Shown piece by piece: positions 19,251-28,851 of a stretch of DNA of 64,000 nt. The first letter of the stretch is position 1. Each line of letters starts with the position of its first letter. A model generated the notes under the pieces. It saw only the letters and a program-made list of their open reading frames with translations, searched no databases and was not told the DNA's origin. Source of the DNA: Candidatus Saccharimonadia bacterium (lineage in GTDB: Bacteria; Patescibacteriota; Saccharimonadia; UBA4664); NCBI GenBank assembly GCA_041743505.1, contig JBGTMQ010000019.1:70147-134146 (forward strand), written 5' to 3'. The translations under genes were made by a program, and so were the position numbers.

Positions 19251-19494
19251 TATTTTACGGCCCTGCCTCAAGGAGCCTGGAAGACCATGGACGAACGTCC
19301 TCGTGGTACCTTCCAGGCTCCTTCTTCATGCTACCCCGGCTACCTTTAAGGTTCTTATACAGAAAAAATAGTCAGAAGTTACCGCCGCCATCCGTTTTAC
19401 TTGAAAATAAATAAAATTTATGCTATAGTATAGATATACGGCATTTTTGCCGGTTTTTTAACAACCCAACCCGTCAGATAGGACGTGATCACGA

Positions 19495-19495
19495 G
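19495..19495 (+). other. GTG start of the PHP gene, downstream of TTGAAA-17-TATAGT promoter (19401-19429)
   Basis: Promoter elements read directly from the sequence. Confidence 0.5.
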
Positions 19496-20433
19496 TGCCC
19501 GCCACTCAAATCGAGCGTCTGCCCGAGTCAATCCTTGCCTGGCAGAGCGTACTGACCCATGTTCACACGGCGGGCAGCAGCGCCTGCAGTGGCCAGCAAA
19601 GCCTCGATCAAATCGACACTTTAGCCCGGGCCTTGGGCTTTAGCGCAGTTGTCGTCACCGAGCATAGCTCCAGCCCCGAACGACCCCGGCTCTTCAGTCT
19701 GGATGATCCGGAAGCACGCACCATTGGAGTTGGCGCGGCCGAAATCAGAAGCCGCTACGGTTCTCTCAGCCGCGGATTCGTCCGTTACGGCCTCGAGTGC
19801 AACACGGCTCAGGTAGTCAAATTATCGCGGGCTGAGCCCTACGGCGTAGAAATCGAATTCCGCGTGGACACACCTCCGGCCATCCTTGACTGTTTTCCCT
19901 CGTATGTGGTTGGCTCATTTCATGGCGACGCCGGTGTTTACAAACATCCAGTGGCACTCATGACAGCCATCAAAATGCTGTGTGAACACCCCCGGATTGA
20001 TGCGCTGGGTCACATCACCCGTTACGTCAGTGATGTGTCCATCGACTGGGCCGAGGTTGGCCGGATGGCCGCCGACACTGGCACCATCATCGAATTGAAC
20101 CAGAACCTCTGGTTCAAGGAGTGCTGTCCCAAGAACGTACCGGAGCCGGACGATTCATTCAATTTCCAGTTCCACCGGCGTTTCATCGAAGCTGTGGCCG
20201 GCACTAAGGCGCACCTCATCATCGGGGCCGACGTTCACAATGAGGGCATGCTACCAACCGCCGGTGCTAAGCCCGGCGACTGGCAGACCTCTGTGGGTAG
20301 TGTCATCGCTTACCACCAGTTTCTCGCTGATTGCGGATTGAGAGCTTCTCGAGTGCTCAATTCCGATCTGGCCTGGTACGACCGGGTGCTGACAACGCCA
20401 AAACATCAGCGGTCGAGCTTCTCGTTCGCCTAA
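19495..20433 (+). CDS. PHP-domain phosphoesterase
   Basis: THVHT, VTEH, YGLE, LGH and GADVH metal-binding motifs. Confidence 0.8.
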   Translation: MPATQIERLPESILAWQSVLTHVHTAGSSACSGQQSLDQIDTLARALGFSAVVVTEHSSSPERPRLFSLDDPEARTIGVGAAEIRSRYGSLSRGFVRYGLECNTAQVVKLSRAEPYGVEIEFRVDTPPAILDCFPSYVVGSFHGDAGVYKHPVALMTAIKMLCEHPRIDALGHITRYVSDVSIDWAEVGRMAADTGTIIELNQNLWFKECCPKNVPEPDDSFNFQFHRRFIEAVAGTKAHLIIGADVHNEGMLPTAGAKPGDWQTSVGSVIAYHQFLADCGLRASRVLNSDLAWYDRVLTTPKHQRSSFSFA

Positions 20434-20530
20434 TCGTTCGCCAAGCCGACCATCAATTCACCTAGCCGGATAGCGCGAAAGCATTCTATCCGGCCACATT
20501 TTTACCCCAAAATGCTTATGTTTGAACAAA

Positions 20531-22147
20531 TTATTGATACAACTTTTCGTAGTAATCGCCCAGCATGCGGCTGGCACAAAATTGTCGCTCGACCAAGTCC
20601 ATATTAGTCCGCATCATCTTGATCCAGTTCAAAGGCAGACCGTTATGCCGGTCATAAAACAGCGGCGCAATATCGTTTTCCAAGATGTCATAAATGGCTG
20701 TCTCAGCGTTCTCGGTCGGTAGTTCCCAGCCGATCGGCTTAATGTCCGCCTCATCAATCCAGCCGTCCGAAGTACTAAACTGCAAGGCCCCGTTGAGGCT
20801 GGCCTTCATACCCGAGGTGCCACACGCCTCCTGGCCCCGCACCGGCGTATTCAGCCACAGGTCAGCACCCTGGACCAACAGCCGCGCCGTCATAGGGTTG
20901 AAGTGCGGTAAGTAAGCGAATGAGGCGGTCAGCTCCGGCCGTTGTGAGGTCATAATAATGTGGTTCATCAGCTCAATACCCGTCGCGTCAGCCGGATTGG
21001 CCTTACCGGCGATCACAAACTGAATCGGCCGCTCCGCATGCCGCGCCAGAGCTGTCAGCCGCTCCAGGTTATTCACCAACAAATCCGGCCGCTTGTAGGC
21101 AGTCATCCGTCGGGCCCACACCACTGTCAGCCGGCGCATCTCCATTTGTTTGCCGGTTTGGTTATGCACGTATTCGAGCAGACGGTGACGGTTCCCGCGG
21201 TGGATCAGGTAATAGGCTTCGTCATCAAGCTTTAGCGGCTCACGGGGCCAGGTAGTAGCCCGCCAGCGCGGCTGAAAAACGCCGTTGGTCACCGCTATCA
21301 ACGGGCTGCCGGGGTGAGCCGCTGCCTCAGCCTGCACGTGAATCTCAGAGACCCCACTATGGCGCCCGGCAATTCCTATCAAAAACTTAGTGGTCGAAAA
21401 GTAGCCATCATCCTTGCCGCCCAGCGCCATCAAATCATCAACGCTGCCGTGTGCTTTGGCTAGCATCGTCCCCAAGTGCTCCTTGAGAACCTCGCGCTCC
21501 AGCGTCAGCCCGGCGCCCGGCAAAATGGTATGTTTGCTGGCGGCCAGTTTCGGCTTAACCGCTTCCAGCGCTCCCACCAAGTGCATGCGTGGGTGATGAC
21601 GCTGATAATCCAGCGCCAGCGCCAGTCCCACAAACGCCATATGCCCCTCATTCAGATGGTAAACCTCGGGGGTAATATCCAGCTTGTGCAAGAAGGCCAC
21701 CCCACCAAACGCCAGCAGCAGTTGCTGCGTGAACATCATGCCCATGGTCCCGTCATAAAGATGGTTGGTGATTCTCCAGTCCTCGGGCGAGTTGGTCGGC
21801 AGCCGGGTATCGAGTAAGATCAGACTGCTCGTACCATATGATTTGCGCCAGGCCTGTATCGCCACCCTGGCGCCGCCAATTGCCACATTCAGAATAATCG
21901 GTCGGCCGTCATCCTCGGCCGCTACCTCAAACCCCTCAGCCCGCAGCCGCTCCACAATCGGGCGGGTGTCGCTCTCTCCGGCCGTAAAAGCTTCGTGATA
22001 GACCAGTCCGACGGCATGAAAATCCCGGCCCTCAGCACCGGCTTCTTGCACAATGTCGCCGGCCAGAATGCCCAGTCCTCCCGCATAAATTGGCAGTGAA
22101 TCGGCCACCGAATACTCGGCTGAGAAGTAGGCAATAGTTTTATGCAT
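20531..22147 (-). CDS. glgP: Alpha-glucan phosphorylase
   Basis: YAGGLGILAGD, HLNEGH, ARRMTAYKR and EACGTSGMKA (PLP lysine) motifs. Confidence 0.93.
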   Translation of the reverse strand: MHKTIAYFSAEYSVADSLPIYAGGLGILAGDIVQEAGAEGRDFHAVGLVYHEAFTAGESDTRPIVERLRAEGFEVAAEDDGRPIILNVAIGGARVAIQAWRKSYGTSSLILLDTRLPTNSPEDWRITNHLYDGTMGMMFTQQLLLAFGGVAFLHKLDITPEVYHLNEGHMAFVGLALALDYQRHHPRMHLVGALEAVKPKLAASKHTILPGAGLTLEREVLKEHLGTMLAKAHGSVDDLMALGGKDDGYFSTTKFLIGIAGRHSGVSEIHVQAEAAAHPGSPLIAVTNGVFQPRWRATTWPREPLKLDDEAYYLIHRGNRHRLLEYVHNQTGKQMEMRRLTVVWARRMTAYKRPDLLVNNLERLTALARHAERPIQFVIAGKANPADATGIELMNHIIMTSQRPELTASFAYLPHFNPMTARLLVQGADLWLNTPVRGQEACGTSGMKASLNGALQFSTSDGWIDEADIKPIGWELPTENAETAIYDILENDIAPLFYDRHNGLPLNWIKMMRTNMDLVERQFCASRMLGDYYEKLYQ

Positions 22148-22185
22148 ACCCGAATTATAATGGCTCGGCACGGGCCGTGAAAGCG

Positions 22186-23199
22186 CTAGACCTTAAAATG
22201 GTTGCTGCTGCCCAAAACACCTTGAATAGTATCTACAAAAAACTGCACAGCCCGCTTGTCATACTCAGGCGCACCAATAGGGCCCCCATCCGCAAAGTAC
22301 TGATGGTTGGCGAAGCTCTGGACCAATAATTCGCTCTCCCAATACAGTCGGCCGTCGCCCTCAAAGTAACCGTACTCCTCCAGGATCTCAACATACTCTG
22401 CCTGCCACTCCGGGTCGTCAAAACACCGCATCCACAGCACCGACAAATCTTGTAGCGCATGACCCCAGCCCACGTTTTCCCAGTCAATCAGACTAACCTT
22501 GTCGTGAACCAAAAATACATGGCACGAGTAAGGCTCATACTGGGTGATAACTTTCCGGTAATTCTCGTAACGAGGCTTGGCAGCCGCAAACTGCTCGGCC
22601 AAGTGGTCAGCAGACTGGCGGAATTCCGGCATGGTCTGAGCCCGCTCAACGCTTCGTTCAAACCGGCTTTCGTTCGTCAGCGTCGAAGTGAATGCCTGGA
22701 TCATGTCTTCCAGCGACTGCGGCAGCTGGCCCGACAAACTGTGCAGCTTGTGGAAAAAATCCACGGCTTGCCGCGGACTGACGGCCTGGTAGAATCGGGG
22801 ACTAAACACAAAATTCGAGTCCCAGGCCGACATCGGCCGCTCGCTAATGTACGTCCGCAGCGACCACACCGGCGAGACATCGGACATGGCAATAATCTGC
22901 GGCTCAAACCCCGCCTCACCCAGCTGCTGCGAGAAAAACTGCAAGAACAAAGCCTCCTTTAGCAGCCGCCGCTCCAACAGGTCAATCCGCTCAAACTCAG
23001 TCCATTTATATCCTGGCGGTGTATTACGCTCACCGCGCTCACTCTCGGGCAGAACCATTTTGAACATGCCTTTACGCTCACCGCTTTTAACCGTCAGGCA
23101 GATAAAACGTGGACCGTAGCGCAGTACGCTCAGCAGTTCAAAATGGTTTTCTTTGAGTACGTTTAAGACGAACGGCGAAAGCTCGTTGGTAGCTTGCAT
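22186..23199 (-). CDS. APH/choline-kinase-fold phosphotransferase with variant catalytic loop
   Basis: FKMV lysine, LHSL, LIDWE..G.G...DL motifs; QYEPYSCH where HxDxxxxN is usual. Confidence 0.7.
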   Translation of the reverse strand: MQATNELSPFVLNVLKENHFELLSVLRYGPRFICLTVKSGERKGMFKMVLPESERGERNTPPGYKWTEFERIDLLERRLLKEALFLQFFSQQLGEAGFEPQIIAMSDVSPVWSLRTYISERPMSAWDSNFVFSPRFYQAVSPRQAVDFFHKLHSLSGQLPQSLEDMIQAFTSTLTNESRFERSVERAQTMPEFRQSADHLAEQFAAAKPRYENYRKVITQYEPYSCHVFLVHDKVSLIDWENVGWGHALQDLSVLWMRCFDDPEWQAEYVEILEEYGYFEGDGRLYWESELLVQSFANHQYFADGGPIGAPEYDKRAVQFFVDTIQGVLGSSNHFKV

Positions 23200-23239
23200 G
23201 TTGAAGGCCTTATTAAGGGTAAATGTAACGATAGTTGCG

Positions 23240-24736
23240 CTACTGGGCGCCGCGTTGCTCGGGCTGTCCGCCTCTCATCCGGCGGTAAGGTTCAGTGTAC
23301 TTGTCTAGCGTGCGTTCAATTTCATCATTGGGTAGCTTGGTTCGGAGCAGGTCGACGGCGTGGATGGTTTCGTAAATATCAGTTTTGTGCTCAATCTTAT
23401 ACAACGCGTCCCGCCACAGTACCGCTGCCTCATAATCGCCCCGCTTCACGGCCGCCGCCTCTTGGTCTTTCATCATATCCATAAAAGCGTGGTAAACGCC
23501 CTCTTCGCGACCGCCTTTCTCGAATGTGCGCTCCTTAAATGGGATCCGCAGAATACTAGCACGTTCTTGCTGTATCTGGAAGATCTTGCCCGTGCGTTTC
23601 CAGCTAAAAGCCGACGCCACTATCTGATGGTAGTACGATTCGCCCCGCTCGAACTGGTAGGGGTCGATATTGGGCAAATGCTGAAGAATCTCCAGCAGAT
23701 GGAACGCGCCCTCCTCGATCATCTCAATGCTCCACCATGGCTTAGCCGAGGCCCAAAAGAACTGGTCGGAGGCCAGGGCGCTATCCAGCATCCCGCGCAG
23801 TCGGCTCCATTCCGGGTCCGTTTCCGGCAATTCGTAAAATTGCTCCACCGTCAGGTCCCGCAATTGCCATTGCAACTTGTGAATGTCATTGGCCGGGTCA
23901 TTCCAGGAAATAAACTGGATACCTTCGGTAATATCCTGCTCGCTGGACGCCCAGGTTGATCCCACCGGCTTGATGGTCTTGGTATCATCATAGTGGTCAA
24001 ACAGCTCGCTCATCGTCACCAGGTTCAGCTCAGGCGAGTCAAAAATCTCAAACAACAGGTTTTCCAGCCCCGGCCGGTGATGGCCAAATGTTTCGCCGTC
24101 CATGCCCGTAATCACGTAGCGCGGGCTCTTCAGGTCGTCGCGAATCGCGTCCTTCAACTGGTCCACGTGCCTCACCACCGCGCTCATTATCAAGTTACTC
24201 ATCCGCCGCTCGCGGAAAAACACATGCAAATTCGTATCCTTAACCTTGTAGAGCTTGGTGTAGTCTACCTGTTCCACCCGGCCGTTGAAGGCGATTTCAT
24301 CAATAATCATCCACTTGAAACCAGCTTCCTCAAGTATCGGTGCCACCTCTGGGCTGTAAGCCATTTCAGGCAAAAAAATGCCCGTCGGCGCATACGCGTC
24401 ACCGAGGTAATGCCGGTTAGTCTCATTGTTAATCTCAATCTGCCGCAGCATCTCCCGGCGCGACAAAAACGGCAGCAGCGCATGGTACTTAGCCGAACCG
24501 GTAAACTCGACCTTGCCTTGCCGGCCGGCTTCCGCTAAGCCCTCAATGAGGTCATGGTAGCCATATTTATCAAATAACTCCAGCAAGGAGCCGTTAATAT
24601 TTAATGTAATCCTGGCGCCGTCATGCTTGAGCAGATTCCGGGCCAGCGGCCGGTACGATTGCTTGACCACCATATCCAGGATATCCGGCTGCTGGCCGTG
24701 GGGTTGGTAAATATGAAGAAAATTAGACCAAAACAT
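23240..24736 (-). CDS. GH57 glycoside hydrolase with C-terminal UVR-like motif
   Basis: FLHIYQP, HALLP, FLPEMAY, MDGETFGHH and SDQFFW motifs. Confidence 0.88.
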   Translation of the reverse strand: MFWSNFLHIYQPHGQQPDILDMVVKQSYRPLARNLLKHDGARITLNINGSLLELFDKYGYHDLIEGLAEAGRQGKVEFTGSAKYHALLPFLSRREMLRQIEINNETNRHYLGDAYAPTGIFLPEMAYSPEVAPILEEAGFKWMIIDEIAFNGRVEQVDYTKLYKVKDTNLHVFFRERRMSNLIMSAVVRHVDQLKDAIRDDLKSPRYVITGMDGETFGHHRPGLENLLFEIFDSPELNLVTMSELFDHYDDTKTIKPVGSTWASSEQDITEGIQFISWNDPANDIHKLQWQLRDLTVEQFYELPETDPEWSRLRGMLDSALASDQFFWASAKPWWSIEMIEEGAFHLLEILQHLPNIDPYQFERGESYYHQIVASAFSWKRTGKIFQIQQERASILRIPFKERTFEKGGREEGVYHAFMDMMKDQEAAAVKRGDYEAAVLWRDALYKIEHKTDIYETIHAVDLLRTKLPNDEIERTLDKYTEPYRRMRGGQPEQRGAQ

Positions 24737-24747
24737 AAGTCGGTATC

Positions 24748-25668
24748 CTATTTCACTAATGGTAATCTGGCGCGAGCGGCTTTGTCCATCTGTAGCCAGC
24801 CGTCAAAACGGTCATAGTCGGCGGAAACAACCCGTTCGGGCTTGATGCCGGCGGTTGCCAGCGCCTCTAAAAACCGCGCCAACTGGTTATCGTGGCGGCT
24901 GGCCGGCTGGTCGAGCGAGCGCCATTGCAGCGCAAACTCATCCAACTGGTACTGGTTATGAATATCGGTGCCAATAAATACGGCCGCTTTGGAACGGGCC
25001 AAGCTGCGTAGCCATTTATCCCAAAAGCGGTGCTGCACATGGCTGGCGTCCGGACCCGGGAAGGCGTTTAAGTTGATTTCAACCGCTGTGCCGGTTTCGG
25101 CCGCCCAGGCGAATATCTGCCGCCAATCAACCGTCACCAGGTCCTCGATGTAGCGCGGCGGATGACCCAGCACTGCCACGGCCGGATTGTTACAAGTTCG
25201 CTCAAACAAGGCCATCACCGAATCCGGATCGCGCTCAGTCGCCTCCGGCAGTGCATGCCGCGAAGCTATCACCATAGCGCAGTGGTCGGCCAGCCGCGGC
25301 GTCAAGTCCGTGCCGCCGCCGGGTAGCAAACTGACCTCCAGGCCATAATACACCGGCACGCGGTGAACCATCGGCCGCCGCCGCTGCTTCAGTAGCCGTT
25401 GCCCCCGCAAACTCAAAACACCCAGCCGCCGCGGCCGCGCCGGATCCGACGGGTGCTCGTTCAGCATCACATATCGCAGTGGCGCCTCCTCGCTACCAGC
25501 CAGCCCGGCGTCCACTAGCGTCTGCACCAACCGGTCAACTGACAGGTCGCTCTCGTGGTGGCCTCTATGATTGGATAGGACGGTATGAGCATGCGTCAGG
25601 CCGCCAATGTAGCGCACTGCCAATTGGCTCCACTGAGACTTTCCTACCATTTCTTGGGTATCTGCCAC
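24748..25668 (-). CDS. PHP-domain phosphoesterase
   Basis: THAHT, NEH, YGLE, LGHP and GTDIH motifs; overlaps the glgA stop by 25 nt. Confidence 0.8.
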   Translation of the reverse strand: MADTQEMVGKSQWSQLAVRYIGGLTHAHTVLSNHRGHHESDLSVDRLVQTLVDAGLAGSEEAPLRYVMLNEHPSDPARPRRLGVLSLRGQRLLKQRRRPMVHRVPVYYGLEVSLLPGGGTDLTPRLADHCAMVIASRHALPEATERDPDSVMALFERTCNNPAVAVLGHPPRYIEDLVTVDWRQIFAWAAETGTAVEINLNAFPGPDASHVQHRFWDKWLRSLARSKAAVFIGTDIHNQYQLDEFALQWRSLDQPASRHDNQLARFLEALATAGIKPERVVSADYDRFDGWLQMDKAARARLPLVK

Positions 25669-27116
25669 GGCTGGCCCTGGTGTTCCTTAATTGCTGCCCG
25701 GTACATCCGCACGTATTTCTTGGCCGGAATCTCCCACGAGTAAGACAACGCCATGGCCCTAAGCATTAACGCCCCCCATCTTGGCTTGTCGTGCCACAGC
25801 GCCACCGCTTGGGAAATAGCGCTGTACAGGGCCGGGCCGGTGTAGTCGTCAAACACAAACCCGTTGCCGGCCCCAGTCCGGTGGTTGTAGTCAGTGATGG
25901 TATCGGCCAGCCCGCCGGTCCGCCGCACTACCGGTATAGTGCCATACCGTAAGCTCACGAGTTGGCCGAGTCCGCTAGGTTCAAACAATGACGGCATCAG
26001 AAAAATATCCGCCCCGGCATATACCAGACTGCCCAGCTCGTCCGAGTAAGGCCGGTAAGCTACCTGGTCGGGGTATTGCCGCATCTTTTCATCCAGAAAG
26101 CGCAAGAACGCCCCCTGGCCGGAATCTCCCACCACCACGGTCTGCACCCCCTGCTGCATCAGCTGGTCAAAGATCTCAAATACCAAGCTAAAACCTTTTT
26201 GCTCGGTTATGCGGGAATTCATGCCCAGAATTGGCAGGTTGTCATCTATGGGTAGGCCCAACCGGTGCTGCAAGGCCCGCTTGTTGTCATACTTGCGATG
26301 AATAATCTCAAAGTCATAATTTACCGGCAAATACTCGTCGAACAATGGGTTCCAGTACGAATAATCAACACCGTTACGAATTCCAAAAAACGTTCGCTCC
26401 CGGGGCTTTAGCACATCGTACAGGCCATGGCTGGTATCGAGGCGCAGCAGCTCTTTGGCATACTGCACGCTCACTGTTGTCACGATATCGGCATGGACAA
26501 TCCCGCGCTTCAAAAAGTTAATATACTGTACCTTGGCCAAGTCGGTCGGCGGAATCCCTGAGCCTTGGTCCTGCTCGTCTTCCGGCACGTGCCACTGGTT
26601 AACGATGGCGGCATAGGCAGAGTTATGAATTGTCTCAACTGTGGCAATATTCTTGTAGGGCGAATCCTCAGGCAAGTACTTAAGGATGTTAGGGATCAAC
26701 CCGGCATGCCAATCGTGAATGTGGATAATATCAGGCACCCAGTCCAGAGTTTCCAGGAGCCGGAAGACACTTAAGTTAAAAGCATAGTAGGGTAGGTTAC
26801 CATCCTCTGCCCGGTACAAGCCTTTACCCGGAGGAAAGTACTGCTGCGACTCCAAAAAATAAATCGGCACCTCTTGAGACAAGATGCTCGCATGAAAATG
26901 GATGGGGGATTTCTCGCCACCCACGTTTAATTGCTTTTCACGGCCAATCGGCACAAAAGCAAATTTTTGCCGGTCTATGTTGCCATACAGCGGCATAAAT
27001 ACCCGCACGTCATGCCCTAACCGGTGCACTGCCTTGGGCAGCGCGGCCATTACTTCCCCCAAGCCGCCGGTTTTGGCATACGGGGCGGCTTCTCCAGCTA
27101 TCATGAGAATATTCAT
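25644..27116 (-). CDS. glgA: Glycogen/starch synthase (GT5)
   Basis: KTGGLG, HIHDWH, MPSLFEPSGLGQ and TGGLADT motifs. Confidence 0.95.
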   Translation of the reverse strand: MNILMIAGEAAPYAKTGGLGEVMAALPKAVHRLGHDVRVFMPLYGNIDRQKFAFVPIGREKQLNVGGEKSPIHFHASILSQEVPIYFLESQQYFPPGKGLYRAEDGNLPYYAFNLSVFRLLETLDWVPDIIHIHDWHAGLIPNILKYLPEDSPYKNIATVETIHNSAYAAIVNQWHVPEDEQDQGSGIPPTDLAKVQYINFLKRGIVHADIVTTVSVQYAKELLRLDTSHGLYDVLKPRERTFFGIRNGVDYSYWNPLFDEYLPVNYDFEIIHRKYDNKRALQHRLGLPIDDNLPILGMNSRITEQKGFSLVFEIFDQLMQQGVQTVVVGDSGQGAFLRFLDEKMRQYPDQVAYRPYSDELGSLVYAGADIFLMPSLFEPSGLGQLVSLRYGTIPVVRRTGGLADTITDYNHRTGAGNGFVFDDYTGPALYSAISQAVALWHDKPRWGALMLRAMALSYSWEIPAKKYVRMYRAAIKEHQGQPWQIPKKW

Positions 27117-27385
27117 TGGCTTATTTGTCTGCTCCGGTAAACCCAGTAAGCGTGTCGCTAACCCTAGTGTAATCTATTGGCTCCCGTGCGCCAAGGCAAG
27201 CATAAGCCTAACCCCCCGAACTCCATCTATGTGTCCGAATAGGTCTACGATACTATAAAGCTTAAGAGGGGGCATTTATTTTTTAACTACCTATGTGTTT
27301 GAATTCGCGGGGTAATAGTTGACAAGTAGCCACCAGTAATTCAAAATACATTTTACCGTTCAAATCGAAATGAGAGGAGACGGAA

Positions 27386-27745
27386 TTGCGCAACCGATTG
27401 CGCAGGCTGTTCGGTGGAGGAGCCATGGTCATCACTATCGTGATGGCGATGCTCCTCGCGAGCACCGGTGCTGCACATGCAGCCACCGTGCGGCCAGGCG
27501 CAGGGCCTTTTCAGGTCGACGTGATGCTCGACGAGTACGAGACCGAGCAGGCACGCCGGTCGTACTGGGCCGCAAGTGTGATCTGTTGGGACGCGGGCAT
27601 CACCGGCAAGCTCCTGTCATTTGGAGCGTGCCAGAGCATGGTGACTGTCTGTGCTGCGCGTGCGTTCTATGTCAGGCCACCCTTAAGGCGTATGCGTGCT
27701 GGTATCACGTTCGCGCCCGGTACTGCTTGGTGTTGGAAATACTAA
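27386..27745 (+). CDS. Small secreted Cys-rich protein
   Basis: GAGGAG RBS, TTG start, signal peptide ending AHA, 4 Cys, ends WCWKY; downstream 16-bp hairpin. Confidence 0.7.
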   Translation: MRNRLRRLFGGGAMVITIVMAMLLASTGAAHAATVRPGAGPFQVDVMLDEYETEQARRSYWAASVICWDAGITGKLLSFGACQSMVTVCAARAFYVRPPLRRMRAGITFAPGTAWCWKY

Positions 27746-27785
27746 CCTGAGCTAGCCCAGGCCGACGAGGGCTTCCTTCACCCCA

Positions 27786-27825
27786 TCCTATACCCAGCTC
27801 TTATCTACGAGAGCTGGGTATAGGA
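27786..27825. terminator. 16-bp hairpin between convergent genes
   Basis: TCCTATACCCAGCTCT ... AGAGCTGGGTATAGGA. Confidence 0.65.
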
Positions 27826-27868
27826 CAAACTAGCCATTATATAAACCGTGACATTGCCAGTCGAGTAA

Positions 27869-28123
27869 CTAATCTTTGTAACCCTTACCCAACATTTTGG
27901 CTCGGCGCAGCATATCAATGATTGTCTTATGGCCTGCTGGTGGCTCGTCTTTCGCGATAATAAATCCAAACTTGGTAATTGCTAAGCCAACTAATAATAA
28001 AACAACCCCCATAAGGATGTTGCTTGTTGGCGGAAAAAGCGAAGCGAAACCCACAGCTACAAGAAATAAGCCGAGCGCTACAATAAAAGTGCCACCAAAA
28101 AATCGTACATTAAATATCTTCAT
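27869..28123 (-). CDS. Small two-TM membrane protein
   Basis: MKIFNVRFFGG..., two hydrophobic helices, basic tail. Confidence 0.65.
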   Translation of the reverse strand: MKIFNVRFFGGTFIVALGLFLVAVGFASLFPPTSNILMGVVLLLVGLAITKFGFIIAKDEPPAGHKTIIDMLRRAKMLGKGYKD

Positions 28124-28415
28124 ATTTGTATAGTATAGGTTTCTATCGAAGGTTGTAAAATTACACCGTCGAAAAATAGAAGACCACCCTGGCAAAGGAG
28201 GCAGTTAGTCTTTAATGGCTGAGTCATTGCAAGGTAGCAAGCAGTAAGTTAACTGTGGCGTATTCTCAAGCATCAACCACTTTGACCGAGTCGAGTATTG
28301 CTAAGTCGCCTTCAAGTACTCATAAGCCTTGACAGGGCATTTTACTGGTTCTAACCTCCTTTTACCATCCGTTCCTCTATAATTTAAGGGGTGTAGATAA
28401 GTGTCTACGGCAGTC

Positions 28416-28781
28416 ATGAAACGACTGACGAATGCTGGCTTGCTTCTTGCGATGGTTTTAGTGTTCGCTTTTGGGATGAATCCTCTGCCTGCATCTGCCT
28501 CGTCTATGTATGAGGTAAATGTTGCCCAAGCTTGTCGGCAACAGTACGCTGGCAAGGGAGCAATGGCCTGGTACTGGAACCCATACGATGCTGGTTCGTG
28601 GTTCTGCTGGAACATTCCTGGAGGGAGCTTCGTTCCGCCCAACGCTAACTGGGAAATTCTGGGCGGTGTGGATCTTCATGCGTGGTGCAGCAATACCTAC
28701 CCAGGTACTCGGGCTGTGGTTGTGGGGCCTTATGGTTACCAGCAACCGTTGGCATCTCGCTGGCGGTGCTTACAAAGTTAG
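28416..28781 (+). CDS. Small secreted protein with two internal Cys/Trp repeats
   Basis: Signal peptide ending ASA; VNVAQACRQQY...WFC and VDLHAWCSNTY...WRC; hairpin at 28784-28817. Confidence 0.72.
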   Translation: MKRLTNAGLLLAMVLVFAFGMNPLPASASSMYEVNVAQACRQQYAGKGAMAWYWNPYDAGSWFCWNIPGGSFVPPNANWEILGGVDLHAWCSNTYPGTRAVVVGPYGYQQPLASRWRCLQS

Positions 28782-28851
28782 TGTTTGCTGGGGAGTAGTA
28801 TCACACTCCCCAGCAAAGTTTATCTGAAATTTATTAAAGGGTAATAGTATC

